Assembly: GCA_002633005.1 (NCBI GenBank)
Contig: NMRA01000795.1
Coordinates: 2,328-66,327 of the forward strand
DNA from: Phoronis australis
Lineage: Eukaryota; Animalia; Phoronida
Direction of reading: 5' to 3'
DNA length: 64,000 nucleotides
The stretch's first letter is position 1, and every line of letters starts with the position of its first letter. Positions 34,728 through 63,182 of this stretch are shown here, one piece after another. Under the pieces are notes generated by a model. It was not told the origin of the DNA and made no database searches. It saw only the letters and a program-made list of their open reading frames with translations. The translations under genes and the position numbers were made by a program.

Positions 34728-37700
34728 ACTCCTTAGTCATGTGAATGGCATGGTTCACTAGGAAAGCCTGTGAACAGATAAAAATCCCATGTTAGTGTCA
34801 GTATGGCAATTCTAAAGACAGCCTAAAGCAGAATGTCTTTGATTTTTTATGTCAATGTAATTGTAATGACTCATTATCGATTCATGCAGAACTGTTGGAG
34901 AGAACCAATTATGGTGGTGGCTTAAATTATATGTGACAAATACAGGGTTACAACAGCTTTTAAGAGCTTAAACCAGGTGCACTAGTCAGACCTCATGGAT
35001 GGTGGTCATGAGTAAGTTAATATTACCAACATGTATTGTAGGCTCTTACAGTAGATCAAAGTGACCTGAGATTGTCCATCATCACAGCTGGAGGAAAGTC
35101 GAGATCAAGATGAGAATAGTCTTTCCTCACAACTGAGACAGAATGGGAATTAACAGAAAACTTAATTTGTGTAAAGCGAGGCGGTTAATTCCCTCTGTGC
35201 AATTTTGACCTCATAATAGTCATTTTTACTATTAACAAAATTAGCTACCATGATGAGGACATAGTATTTTGTCACGTGTTCTATATATTTGTTCATTATA
35301 CCAAAACTCACACAGAGTCAAGAGGCCCATGATTCAACAAGTTAACCTAAACAAACTCCAACTAGGACTAAAAGCGTTTTATTTCAGAACATGGCATATC
35401 TTTCTGACAACGGGAAAATCAAACCAAAAGTATGGTACACACACCACTGAAATGCCCTAGATGTACCAACATTCGTAACAGTTTTGCACCAAGGTAACAA
35501 TGATAAACAAACAGATCTCTGGGAGTCCTGTATTTCAACTTGCTATAACACAATCAACCAATAATTATCGAAATTTATTCACTCTCGTGGTTTTCCATTC
35601 CTTCTATCCATCCATGTCAATGGGGGACTTATGCATTTATTCCACTACTAGGAACACTAGAAGTGTGCATCGATGCGGTAGCCTGGTACCCATGTATAAA
35701 TTTGCTAGGTTTGTTTGTCGCTGGTTTCGCGTATTTTAATGCTTGGTAAGTGAATGATTTTTGCTGAAAACTTGTTTGTTTGATTCATAAATACTTTCTG
35801 AAGCTCTGTCTCAATTAGAATTACAAAAGGTTTTTCAACACAGCTCAGAGGCACGTTAATGGGGACACATGAAAATGTTGCATTGGAGACTATTTTTGGC
35901 AATTTATGAACTGCCAAATCTATCATACGACTGTGCTGATACGAAATAAAATTATTTGAAAAATAATCTCAATGACAAAATCACAGAAGTCTGAATCTTC
36001 AAAATCAAGAAAATTCAAATCTGGCTTGAATTGCAGTGTCCGAAATTTTAGAGATTGTTCCAAACTGGAGAAAATGATACCGTAAGTAAGGAACAAGCTG
36101 AGACTTAAATCTCATGATGATAAGTGGTCTAAAAAGTCAATTTTTACCCAAAAAGTAGATTTGTACACGCGTATGTGCAAAGTGTCCACCCAATGGAGCA
36201 TGCACCATATATCATGTAACCATTGGCAACGACAGTTTTGCAGAAATCAAATTGTAGTGTGACACGACGTAAAGTAATGGTAATTCAATTTATTAAACAT
36301 ACATAAGTGCAAAAGACTATATATCGATACTTCGTGGACTTTAAATTTCATCTAGGCCCCTAATTTTAAACAAACATCACAAATGCCATCTAGAAACCAA
36401 CACAGATAAAGCAGCCCGCAACTACCAAAGATAAACTGGCTCTATGATTCAACCATAGGAAAGTCCTGAAACACGGTGAATACTTTGCAAATTATGAGTG
36501 CCGAGTGTTTCAAAGGTCATTATTAATGAATTTACACCAGCTTTCAACAACTGCCGTAACAGGCACCTGTAATCAGCGAAAAAACATTGATAAACCAATC
36601 ACAGTCTATAAGATATACATGGGAAGATGACGACCATAACTTCCCGAGCTCACTGCAATCCTACTGATGGAAATAAGTGCACAACCTCCATTAATTATGT
36701 CTCGACTATTAACCTACCCAAGCACAGTTCTATCTGATTATAAGCCTGCAACATCTCTGAACAAACTACTAGTAACATTTACAATACGAATAGCTGTAGA
36801 ATAGTACACCGGTATAATTAATCTATATGCAAAATTGAAACAAATAATATACCACCCACATATAATGGCTAAAATATTACAAAATTTATTACGGTTACGC
36901 ATCTTGTCTGTGAGGTTCGACATTTTCGCTCTGCACGAGACAACATTTATCGAAGAGTCAACAGTGATCATGGTCTCACCAAAATGACGGAGAGGTGTTA
37001 TGACTGTGAATAGTTCACTATTTCTCTGGAAAATGGCAGAACTGTAAATTATGCACACTAGGTAACTGACATTTTCTTTTTCCCAATCCTAGGCAGTTTG
37101 GTCCATTGTTGACCACGTTGTACCATTGATTTCAGCATAAATAATCTATAGTCTGGGAATCTACCATGGGCTGCACTAAATGATTGCTAAAATATTCAGA
37201 AAACAAAGATTCTGGTTTTTTGAAAAATGCTTGAAAAAGAAGTGTTGTGCACTGAACATGTAATTCTTAGGGCTTATAATTAATATTAACAGCAAATTGA
37301 TAAACATTTGATCACTGGGGGTCCCAGCCAGTGCCTAGTAGACGCATAATTACGGTAGCACGTTAAGGACAAGAACTTTCCTGAAATTATTTTGTCTATC
37401 CCCTATGCTACATTATTCACCAACTAGTTCATGTCAGATAAAACATCACCTGAGTACACAGGGACCATTCACAAATTTACACATTGATATTCTACATTAG
37501 ACAGCATGAAAACTACCCATTAGATCCTCGTGCTCAGAAACTACAGTTAAACGTTCTTCAGTTTGGGCAACAATATGGAGGCCAGGTGAATTTCATTTTT
37601 AAGAAAAATGTCTTTGCTTTTAGAATGGTTTGTAAGTATGGCATAGTTGAATTATCAAACATTTGGTAAAATTTTGAGCAATTTACTACATGCAACACGT

Positions 37701-38341
37701 AACCACTTGGCTAGCTATAAAGGGGATCAGTCCTCCCCACCAGTTTCTGTACTAATCTTGGGTGGTAGCCAAAACACGGTCACCGAATAAGTGGTTTTCG
37801 CCTTATCAAAAATACATTTTACACTTAAAAATTATCTATTAAAAAGTGCTTACTTTTTCCAACCATCCTTTCTAGTTTTTACATATCCCCAATAAAACAA
37901 GTTCACGTGAATTGAGATGACTTTGTTGAAGAGTTCCAATTCCACTTTCTTAGTCACCAGTAACAGTTCAACTGGCATGATAAGCCAATAGCCACAGAGA
38001 ATTTCAACTGACGTTAAGCGAATTAGCCAGAACAAGTGCGAGACTGGAGTGTGGAGTAGAATGAGAATATATCCAGAGGAATAAATTTGTAAGATTTGTG
38101 TCTCTTAGACTGTTAGTTCGTCAACAGGCGTGATTTCCCATATCTTTTGGGAAATGGCACCTACTGAGGGGATCTATAGTAAACCGCAGTAGATTTTCAT
38201 GGATATGTTCAAGTTATGTTTCAACTAAATTATCTCCAGTCATAACGTAGAAAATACATCCGAAACAAAAAGAGGCGATCCAGATCCTCTAAAGGATACA
38301 CTTGTATGTCAAAAAGTAGAATAAATATACGTAAATAAAAT

Positions 38342-38580
38342 AACAAAAATGGATCACTGAAATTTTCGGATATAATAACATCCTTCGTCAATTAAACAGA
38401 AAAAGAAACGAAGTAAAATCAAACACTATATGACAATTGACATCTGATATATGGCGTAATGAGCATGATACATTGTTGCGGAAAAAAGTAAAGGAAATAA
38501 TTTAAGAAGTCTTTATGTTCAATCCATTAGGTTGACGAAGGATGTTATTATATTCGAGAATTTCAGTGATCCATTTTTGT
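38342..38580. repeat. Inverted repeat (~50-bp arms), MITE-like
   Basis: ACAAAAATGGATCACTGAAATTTTCGGATATAATAACATCCTTCGTCAA pairs with TTGACGAAGGATGTTATTATATTCGAGAATTTCAGTGATCCATTTTTGT. Confidence 0.75.
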
Positions 38581-39152
38581 GGTAAACAGCTTCTGAAAAA
38601 TAGAAATATAACAAATTAATTAGCCAATCGTTTTTGTTCCAAATTGAAGAATTTTTACCATATGTTTGACTTAATGGTTGGTGTTATTCAGGAGTGGTTT
38701 AAAAGGTAACTCCTGCATTCTTGCTGCTTCCAAAGTAATTGCCAGATACCTAATTATTGATCAACAACGCGGTGACGAGCCGAACTACTCGCTCCAAGGC
38801 CCTTTTCTGGCCTGTACTTGTGAATTTAACACACAGCAGTTCCCAACTAGCTGGCTGGCTAACTGACTTGTGTTCTGTGTGTAGACCACGGGCACTCTTG
38901 ATAGCCACTTGATACGATACCATAATAAAGAGAACTTTCTTTTTATTATGGTAGGCTATATATCGTGCCTGTGGTGTAGCATGACTGCCGCGGGTCCCCA
39001 CCAATGACCCACAGATAAGGCGAATCCATGATTAATGTACTTTATCAGTATAAAAATGTGCTCAATACTAGACACATGAATAATATGTGGCCAGCAACTG
39101 AACAAAAAATGCGCACAATACTTAAAGCATTTATATTTTTTGATAACCTTAC

Positions 39153-39317
39153 CTTTCTAAATAGTGAAAGCGACTTCGCTTTTTCGCTCTTGTTGACTGT
39201 TGACGACTTGAACAGCAATCAGTCGCCAGATGTCGCTGAAACATAAACTGGTTATCCATAGAAAAAAAACATACAGATGTCATTGAGGGGACCAGACGTA
39301 CATTCCTTAGTTTCAAA
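39153..39317. promoter_or_regulatory. Probable shared promoter of IFT20 and the PAE-like gene, including a non-coding first exon on minus
   Basis: A strong minus-strand donor AAG|GTAAGG lies at 39153/39152. The ATG-bearing PAE exon has an acceptor (TTCACAG) at about 34768, so an upstream UTR exon is required. Confidence 0.45.
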
Positions 39318-42300
39318 ATGGCAGCGGACGAAGCTTTTGCGAAGGCTGGTTTACATTTCGACGAATTGAACAAGATTCGTGTCCTTGAACCAGAGGTTTC
39401 ACAGCAAACTACCGAACTTAAAGAGGAATGCAAGGATTTTGTGGAAAGTGCGTTTGAATGTGATATCTTGTATGAGTTAAAAGTTTTTCCAATCTGTTTT
39501 GAGACGACTATGGTAATGATTCGGATACATTCCTGTGATTTGACAACCAGTGAATAACGCCGGTGGTAGTGGTAGTAACTGGTTCACAAATCAATTTTAA
39601 ATCAAGGACCCACCTATCCGACTATTACCAGTATCTGACTGTTGACAAGTGGCATATCACAGTCGCAGCCAGACTTTCTAGCACTGTCCAGTTATTTCGC
39701 ACCCACGTCTCTTGATATTACCTGTTCAGTTTTGATTTACTGAATAACTTGTGACATCGAGTCAATTTACATATGAAAATGTCGTCTGAAGACAGTGCTG
39801 CACCAAATAATCCACAGGAATTAGAAGACAAGATATTACAGGGTTGCTTAATTTTAATCAATACTTTACAAAGTAAAATTGTTTTGAAACATTTTTGAAA
39901 ATCGATAGGTGAAAATTGACTTAGGTATGGAGTTGACTTGGGTACAAATTAACCTGTTTCCAACCACAGACACAGTTGGCACTGGTTACAGATATAGCAT
40001 TCCCTGATTTGGACTATTGGGCTGTCACGTACTGAATAACAGGATCGTTATTTTTAGTGGAAGAAACTGGTTATCATAATCATTGACTGTTATATCCGAC
40101 CAGTGCCGACACAGCTATAGGTGATTTCATTCACCTGTTTGATATTCAGTTGATCCGCTCATCTTTTTCAGAATACCTTTTCAGAAATCACTTGGGTTGT
40201 AGCTCTCTTGCGAGTTAAGTGAGATTGCCACGCATGTGGTACCATGGACAGTGCCACCGTCTCAACTGGCCATAGAGAGCTTCACACGTAGGAAGGCTTT
40301 TGCCAAATTATGCCTCACACTGATTAAGCATCAAAGTCACGTTGCTATAAGCATCTTTTACGCATGGAAAGACACCTTAAGAAGCCGTTAACATGTTTAA
40401 GTCCTTCCAACTCGAACAAATACTCCCGTAATCGAACTTTTTTCAAACAGTCCTTTATTCAGTTGCTCAAATTGGCAACTGGCCATTTTTAATAATATGA
40501 GCACGCGCAGTGTAAAAATGGCCAGTTGCGGATTTGGGTGATTGAACGAGAGATGGCTCTAAAAAAATTTTTAATTACATGAATATTTGATCAAACTGGA
40601 AGGAATTAAAGATATCCAGGGATTCCTAATTGGTACCTCTATGCGCAAAAGGTACCAATAAGAATGTGACTTTGATGGTTTAATCAGTGTGAGGCATAAT
40701 TTAACAAAAAGCTTGCGGCTCCTATAGGAGCTTCACCGTCTCTACAGCCAGTCGAGATGGTACTATCTATTGGTACCACTGGCTTTGTGGCACTGTCTTA
40801 CACTCCAGCGACCTGAAAATCATGGTTCACTAATGAAACTTTTAGTGTTCATTTTAGCACTCTAGACATTCAAATTCCGTTCATTTTGTAGAATGTTTTA
40901 CCCTCTTTACAAAAGTGTTCCCCATACTTTGATGGCAATAAATGTTACACATTTCCCATTATTCTCCAGCTGTCATTTGCAACTTTGGGCTGTTTGTGAC
41001 TCTTTCTGCAGTCACTTCATAAACTGAGTGGCTAAAAGCTAGTGAATCAAAGCACAACAATAAAAAGTTTGGACTGGCGATAAATTACACAACAGTTTTT
41101 GAGTGACTGGAATCCTATGACACATAGAAACCAACTCACTCCTGGCGGCATAGAACGAGTCTACACGACGGAATATATCGACGAATATGTTTAACCGCAT
41201 TTGTAGCAAGAGCTGAAGTTTTATTTCCTCATTTTTTCATCTGTAATTTGTAACAAAAATAATTATTTAAGTATTACAATCTTAATACATAAAACTAGAA
41301 AATTGTTAAAGATGAACAACGCTTGCACTTTTATTTTGGCTAGAGCTGTTGAGAATGTAGGGGTGAGATTTTAACTGAGCATGGATGCTAACATTGAATA
41401 TGGATGTGAATTTCTACAAAGGTTATGCTCAGTAACACTTCAGGTTACAACTAGATTTACAATACTTCTTAAGTGGTGCCAACAAAAGACAAGGTTGTTC
41501 TCTCTATCTTTATTCAGACATGTTGGTGCACCATTTTTGTAAAGTTATGAGCCATGTTTCAAAAGCTGTGAGCCGCATTCAGAGTTGCTGGACCCGAGTT
41601 TAGCGAGGAAGACGGCTAAAATTCTAATTAAATCTAAGTCTTCATATGATTTACATCAATCTAATCAAACTGTTTAATACCGGTACGAAAAATTCCCCAA
41701 AGACATGTTTCCAATAGTTTCCTAACAATCACAGAAAATTTAATCGCGGCCCCAGAAAAATATGATCCGCAATGCGGCTTTGGGAAATTTTGTACATTTT
41801 CGTGTATAGCATACAATGAAATAATTTTAATTTGCTATTTAGATGTCTTATCCAATCTTTGCTCAAGGTTTTCAAACATGGCTGATAACTGTCCAAACAT
41901 AATGTATCGGCATGTTTGAATGGATGTAGGGAGAACCGTGTCATGGATTTATTTTCAGAAATGTCGGAGTTCCAGAAGATAGTGAATGCTTTTATAGAAA
42001 CAATAGACGACGTCTCAAAAGAAGTTGAAAAAGAAAAAATGAAGGTATTTTTCTTCTGTGTAATAATGTAATGCCATTGGTCAAAAATGCATCATTAGTA
42101 TAGAAATGCTGACTAAGTCGTGTTTTGGAATGTGTTCCATGTTTCTATAATGAAAAAACTAACAATAGTTTGAAAGAAGTTATGAGATGTTCTCAGTAAT
42201 AGTATTATAATTCTTGCTAGTTTAAAAGAAAACAAATTTTCAGAGTTTCTCACAAAATGCCAAAAAAATCAAGCATTGCAAATTTGATATGTAGGTGTCC

Positions 42301-43808
42301 TATTTTAATCACATTTAGTTTCAGTGATTTTTCAAACTGGAAAATTATATTCCTCGTACAAAGTTAGGTTAGGATCATTAGCCAAAAATAAATGTGCTAG
42401 GTTTCGGTTCCCTGGTACCTGTTGATGAAAGTAGTTGCAGTTGGTTTTAGTAACTCTGTGAACCGTCGTGAATAATTGATTTGTGAGTCATGATGTTAGA
42501 CAAAAGACCATGTGAACTGATAACAATGGACCAGATTGGTATTTGATTCAGCCTTTCTTTGGAAACTGCTGTTGTCTGGAGTTGAAACCAAATGTGAGAT
42601 TTTGTAATATATACCTAGTTGGCCTCAGATGTGAATCTTGTTCCAGGAAGCTTAATTTGGGTATACCTCCTAATAAGATAATTTTAAGACTAGATGTATA
42701 ACTTCTTGATGAAGACGATATGTAGTGACGTTCTTCTAAACACATTCCACGCCCTATACAGACATTTTAATGTCTAATATAATTCCTTTACTATTGTTAT
42801 TCTGTCCCATTGCAGGCTATAGGGTCCAGGAATCTACTCAAGTCAATAGCTAAACAAAGAGAGGCCCAACAGCAGCAGCTTAATGCCTTGATAACAGAGA
42901 AGAAGATGCAGTTAGAGAGGTATAGCTTAACTGTAGTCCACTTGTAGACATAAACACAGGTGTTACTGTTGAAAATCTCAACTACGATGACTTACGTTAA
43001 TGCCTGTCTTTTTGTTGCTCGTCTACCTGTTTACTCGTTGACAATTTCTCTTCACTATTCAGTTGGTGTTCAGTGCATTGGGGAAGTGAGAATGTTTGAC
43101 GATGCCTCTATGTATGAAACAAACTTTTCAGTGTTACTGCTAACTAAGTGCTTATTTTTAGCAAAATGGAATGAAATGTTTTACGTGTATATACGCTGAC
43201 AGTTAGTGGCTCATTGTACCATTAGTTTCCTACTGGAGAGACTTCAGCAGCACTCCGTCAAACTCCACCAAATTTTGGTTACTTCGTGCCAGAATTATTT
43301 AGCAATAAAATGTTACTTTTGTCATATAGAATAGGAATGTTGACTAACTTGCCCGAGATATTTAACATTACTGCGCCTAGCCACAAATACCTTTCTTCAA
43401 ACTTTAACGCGATGTTATTACATTGCTAATTCTAAGTAAACCAATGATGTTACTCCTAGGTGCTATAATGCCCATTTTTTAATGTAGCTAGCGACATCAC
43501 ATTACATACTTGTCACCTTACTATTAGACAGAATTAAGATGTACTTTTGTTGTAGCGAAATAGATATTTAGCTGCCCATTATCCTGTAGTTTTGTCTGGC
43601 CACTCACCAAATTGAGAAAAATATTTACATAACAATTAATAGTGATAAACTAGCGATACACGCGCTTCTCAATTTTTGATATTACGACTGCAGTACTAAC
43701 CATCCAATGTGATTACTACATTACAGGTTAAGAGTGCAGCACGACTCTCTGCAAAAGGAAGAGAGTGAACAGAACGAATTTATAGAACAGTTCTTTCTTC
43801 AGAAGTAG
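39318..43808 (+). CDS. IFT20: Intraflagellar transport protein 20, 4 coding exons, 133 aa
   Basis: Exons: 39318-39447, 41959-42044, 42816-42919, 43727-43808 (402 nt). Sequence [33 protein letters not shown]...[28 protein letters not shown]...[13 protein letters not shown] is typical of IFT20. Confidence 0.96.
40250..40765. mobile_element. Fold-back element with ~250-bp imperfect arms in IFT20 intron 1; single arms also at ~13300-13570 and ~14090-14330
   Basis: AAATTATGCCTCACACTGATTAAGCATCAAAGTCAC pairs with GTGACTTTGATGGTTTAATCAGTGTGAGGCATAATTT. CAACTGGCCATTTTT / AAAAATGGCCAGTTG lie at the centre. Confidence 0.75.
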
Positions 43809-46800
43809 TACAGTGTCTGTGGACAATTACGTGGTATTGTTTTCTGAGAACTTGAAATGCCGTGATAGCACTGGAAAGTGGCTGTAATCTTAGGCAATGC
43901 AATCTTATGGCCTTTGGTGTCTGTCGATAAATGCCAAACTGTGCTGTGACAATGAAATGGATTCAGATGTGTGCCACTGATGACTATGACTATGGTTGCA
44001 TGGAATTCTGCTGTATGTAGCGATAGTGAATTATAGATTTTCTGGACTGACGAATTTCAGTCCACGGATTGGCATCAATTCTCCTGATCAGCTGCCTTCT
44101 TCACAAAGTTTCGATTCCACATGTCCATCGACCAGTTTTGATGTCTCCACCTGTTGAGCATTTACCAAAAAACATTTTCATGGCCATCATGTGCTTGTGC
44201 GTTCAGCGAATTAGTCAGTTATCAAATTTTTGTCTCTAAGCTGATTCAATTTTTACACATACTTGTGAATGCAACAATTGTCTGTTCCCACATTTATTGA
44301 CCTGGTTGTATCTCGGACAATTGAACTACTTTTAACGAGTGTCTGCCTCACAAGATCTTACTTATGCCTTTCACTGTCTACCATGTGTCAAAACGCATTC
44401 TGTTCATTTTTTCATTGGCGTTAAATGTCTTTGTTCAATTATGCGATTGATAGCCTCGAACCAAGATTTATTCTGTTATGAATTAGAATTTTCTATCAAT
44501 TTTGAGTGGCAATGAAACATTCAAGATTTGTTATTTGTACAGTTACAGGATATTTATTTATATTTTAAGACTTGAAATAAACATTATTTCTGTATATTGT
44601 TTCTCTTATAATACAATTTCCAATTTTAACAAAATTATTAAGTATTGGTGATGAGCCCAAATTTTGGTGAGCAGAGTTATTTCAATGTATGTCAAAGTTA
44701 CACAGGTTATCCTCAGCTTAGGCAATACGTCGCCTGTAGATGGCAAAGGCGTATAGGAGACCACTGTGTAATGGGAATGCTGCCCTGATTTACTTTTTGA
44801 TGTTAAAAGGAAGTATTCTAAACAATAAGCATGGAAACTATTACTACTGAATTATAGATATAAATTACATTGCGAAAACTGCAGTTATCTCCCTTTCAGT
44901 GTTTAAATTGCATTGGAAACAATTTAATTTGTGACAGTCAATGTCACAGTGAACTTTTGAACCAATTTTATTTCAGTTCACACTCTTTCAATAATTATAC
45001 AGTATTATCTAATTCAAATGGAGCCCAAAATGCACGAAACTTAACAAGATTGCTTCAGTTGTTGCATCTAGGGGTACATTTAGAAAAATGTAAATGAATC
45101 CTGAAACTGTAGCTAAAGTAAGTTTTCAACAAAAAACTACCTGTAGGAACAATCTTACATTTTTTATTTCATCATTCTAAATAGACACCTGGCCATGTAT
45201 TTCCTGAACTGATGTTTCCTGACTGTACCCCCGAACCTGTTTACAGAAAAACTGATAATTGTAATGGTTAAAAAAAACTAGTATATTGAATTGCATATAA
45301 CCTGAAGTCTGCCGTCGAGGCGAACAGATGTGACAAATACACGGAAATTTCAATGTGGGGCACAGCAGATGCAACATGGGAAATGGAACAGTGAGGATAA
45401 AAACAGTAGAAACACTTGAGCACATCTGTATTTGTGTATAAAATACCAATACACCAACAACACAGTTGATCATTTGTCCCTGTAATAATAGTACATAGTG
45501 TCTCAACAATAGCCAGAGTTGCCAAACTGAACATTCGTCATTAAGTATAAGGTGAATAAAAGTGCACAGTAATTCAAAGGGCCGTTCTCAAAAAGTCCTG
45601 ATCGGAGGAGGAAACACTTTTTCACCCAGCACTCCAATTTTTGTTTTAATTTCCTAGCCCACCACCCATAATTTGTGGAACGAAAATGCTCATGATTTTT
45701 TAAAAAACCTGTTTGGTTACATAATAAATTACTTGAATTTGCAGCGGTTTTATCAGTTCTGTCAACCGAAATCGGATTCTTCAGAAACACAGAAAAACAG
45801 TCGAACACCAATTTAATTATATTTTTCTTTACTATTGCCATGTAATAGTTTTAGAATAAACATGCAGACTGGGATGCGCTGCTTGAACAATGATCCAGGA
45901 AACCCGAAACTCAAAATAAAAATATTTTCATCTTCACAAAGCAATTTTGTATTCCTCTCCACTCTACTGCACACTTCAGGGTGGTTCGATGATTAACAGT
46001 AGGGTCATTATAAGCACAAGCCAACACAACCAATAGTATGTCTGTACAGTATTTTGAAGCACTGCAATCACTAACAGTCATGCATGTTCCCCTGGTCCCC
46101 AAACCTATTAAGCAGGTTATTTAACGGGACACTGATTTTCTAGTTTGTGCTATTCAGACCCCCAACTAGTACAGATCATTCAGTATTACTGCCTTCTGAA
46201 ATGGATTGTAGTGCAGCATGAATTCCTTGTAGACATTACATGACAGTTTAGCACAATGTGATGTATTTTGCTGCATGGAACAGGTGATAATTACTGCTGT
46301 GACAAATTCGTGGAACAAAAACCACCAAAAGTGAGTAATCTTTTAATTTGTGCAAACACATTTAGTAATTTTTATTTGTTTTGAAGAAAACCACCCAGTT
46401 TATATTTCAAGTGCTTTTCCCCGCCTCCCACGCCGACTCTACCAGAACAGTCCTCAGATAACAAATATAATATCTGAGGATTCAACATTAAGTTTGAGAT
46501 CCCTTGATGAGATTCAGTGTATATTTCAGTAAAGAATCCAAGAACAAACAGTTGAGCACAGCAGAAGATAAAAAGCTAAGTGTCACTTGAAGTCAGATCA
46601 AACAATGGGTAACTGCAGCAAGTGAAAAATTTTGTTCTGAACTAAAAAGTTACAGTTTGATTCTGTCATAAACAATTATTAAAGTTTTACTTTGTTTGGC
46701 AGTTAAAAATAACACAGAAATGATCCCCATCAATAGTTTTGACACATCAACAGGCTATGTAGAACAAAATGTCATGATACAGAACTAGCACACAATGAAG

Positions 46801-47076
46801 ACTCTAGAACACGTTTACCCCAATTTAAATCCCACCCCGGAATGTCACGATTGGTAAAACAATAATCACATCCATAATCAATATTAATTTCATCATAATT
46901 CGTTTTCTCTTTCTGATGAACGAAACAAAACAATAAATGGCCTTAGCACTAACATCACAGCACGAGATATGTTTCTTAAAACACAAAAATTCAGTCATGT
47001 CGACCACCACCACATCAAACACCTTTAACATCTTTACAACTACTACATTTCCCCTCAACCCATGCTGCTGTACACC

Positions 47077-60722
<13,646 letters not shown>

Positions 60723-61506
60723 CTGAAAAAAGAAACAGAGAGTTAGACATTGCGGACACTTCTGGCCTTGCATATGTGTCTTCCTAAACGTATATCAACA
60801 ATATGCGAAACAAACAATAAGCTGGATTTGACTCCATAAGACAATGAGAGCCATTGACACAGGGAGAGAACGAATATTTATTACACTGCCCAGTTTCTAT
60901 ACAATCTTAGAACAAACACTGCATGTAGATTTTACTGCCTCAAAGATGGAGAGTAACAGAATATGTACATTAAAAAGGACTCTTATGACATTATGGTTAA
61001 AAAGTCTAATCTTCATTTCGCCAGCCAGGTATAGCTATATTACTAGCATCAGAATATAGCTAGGGAGCAACGCATGTAAATTATACATGACTGTGTAGAA
61101 ATTTCACACTACCCGGGAGGTTCTACTCATTATTTCGTCATGAAATTTATATAACAGCATGGATTGAACATAAAAACATTCTTAAAATATGTCATTGAAT
61201 TTTTTACGCAAAAATGCATCATTTTCATTACACCGTATCTTATACGTCAATTGTCATTTTGTGTTTGATTTTACTTTATTTCTGTTTTTGTTGATAAAGG
61301 AAGTTGTTACCTCCGAAAATTTCAAATTTCAGTTGATCCATTCTTGTTGTTTTATTTACCGATTTATATTCTAACAATAGTATCCTTGGGAGGATCTGGA
61401 TCGCCTTATTTAGTTTCAGATATATTTTCTACGTTATATAACAGCATGTAATTCTTATGACATATGACAGGGTGCGAGTAAAGTCTAGAAGACAACAGAA
61501 ACTCAC

Positions 61507-61570
61507 CAAGTGCTTGTTACTTGTACAGACGATTAAATGAAAAACAGTGACATTCTCCGGCTTTTATAAC
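61507..61570 (-). promoter_or_regulatory. Candidate HPD first exon with TATA box
   Basis: Minus strand reads TATAAAAG at about 61568-61561, then a short segment ending CACTTG|GTGAGT (perfect donor) at 61507. Confidence 0.45.
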
Positions 61571-62887
61571 AAAGCAAAGTCCGCCATCGACTTCAAACAT
61601 GATCATGACACACACCACTTACTAAATTTTTCGAGTCTTTTGTCAGGAGATATGACATCATGAAGCAAAATTTGCTAAAAAATTTGTGTTTTCTGGCAAT
61701 AAAACACTAAAAAATATGACGAAATGAAGCCAATTTCCGGCAATTTGTTCTGAACGTTAAAAAACCTTGTGGAAGAATATTTGATTGATCATGAATCAGT
61801 GAAAAAAAGAGCCAGTAGGTGGCGCTCTACCTCATGTCACTCAAAGCTGATGGGTATTATCCCTCAACAAATCAAGCAGCAGACATCTGTAACATTTTTT
61901 TACTAAAACTGCGTAATTTGTATGATATTAATTTTGTGTCAGATTCCATTATCTAAATTTGTTTACCCACATCGTTCCAAATAAAGTTGTAGATTTATAC
62001 AGTTTTGTAATATCAAGGCTAGTCTTAATTAGTACAAGAAGCTGGTTGGCTAGACAAGTGTTTAACAGGTGAGCTGCATAGCGGCTAAATATTTTAAAAT
62101 GAGATTACAAGAGCTTTGTTGACGAAAAATTGTTGATTGTAGGAGTGTTTCTTTTAGATTAAAGGCTTTAAAGGCTCCAACTTCTTCCAAAGGTATCCAT
62201 CTACATTCGAAAGGTACACCGAAAATAACATGACTTCATAGCCAGGGATAAAAGTAATTTGATGACATTCTTCCAGCATATACAACTGATTAGGATGTGC
62301 CGCCGCCACGATAGCTAAGGTGCAAAGCTGTATAAATATACAGATTTGTTTTGGAACGATCTGGGTAAAAAAGTGGAAAGATTAATGCTTGCCAAAGTTA
62401 ATGTCTTTAAAACTCTTTCTTGAACTTGAATGCTACCATGAAAGGAATGTCATTATAATCTGTTATTCTACCGTTAATTTTGTAGAGCGATCATATGTCA
62501 ACTTCTAGCACCATGAAATTGACACGCTATCTGTTAGTCAGAAGTGCAGGCTGAACTTTGTGAGTACCAGTAGTTTTGAGTACTAAATACCGGTACCATC
62601 AGCGAATTGAAATTATCAGGAAATTTTTCTTCGGAATAGTTGTCATCATCTCCCAGGACGTCACCTTACTTTATCAAAATTCGACCAAATGGCATTTCCA
62701 ATACCGACATCCGACGTTTCTTTGTAAGTGGGTAAGTGATCTAAATCTAAGAATATGACATTCATCATCAGATTGCGTTTCTTTCTAATGGTGGTAACAA
62801 AGACGTCATTTGAATGTCGATGTTGCAAAAATTTACGCTCGATTGGATGTGCTAGATTTTGATCTATAGAGTTGTGACGAAATAAAC

Positions 62888-63182
62888 GAGAGCGCTCGGA
62901 GGAGCGACACTTGGCGAAATTACGCGAAAACAGGACGATGGGGAGGACGACGACGACGATCATGACGATGAAGGCGGAGATTATGAACAAAACGATAACA
63001 TTAAAGTGACTAGTGAACAAGTCAGTAAGAAATAGCCTGAAGTCTTGTTCACGTACCCGGTAAACTGGCAACAGTGCGAGAGCGCTCGGAGGAGTGACAC
63101 TTGGCGAAATTACGCGAAAACAGGACGATGGGGAGGACAACGATGACGATCATGACGATGAAGGCGGAGATTATGAACAACA
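62888..63182. repeat. Direct duplication of a ~105-bp block with ~190-bp spacing
   Basis: GAGAGCGCTCGGAGGAG.GACACTTGGCGAAATTACGCGAAAACAGGACGATGGGGAGGAC...GATTATGAACAA occurs twice. Confidence 0.85.

Noticed and set aside
46825-47076. In-frame open extension (~83 codons) after the HPD TGA, suggesting readthrough or selenocysteine
   Set aside because: The stop falls at the normal HPD C-terminus, the TGA-G context is not readthrough-prone, the extension is low-complexity and Val-rich, and no SECIS was recognised.
62661-63140. 159-aa minus-strand ORF with a hydrophobic stretch
   Set aside because: It overlaps a duplicated GAC/GAT-rich repeat block that explains the open frame. No recognisable domain.
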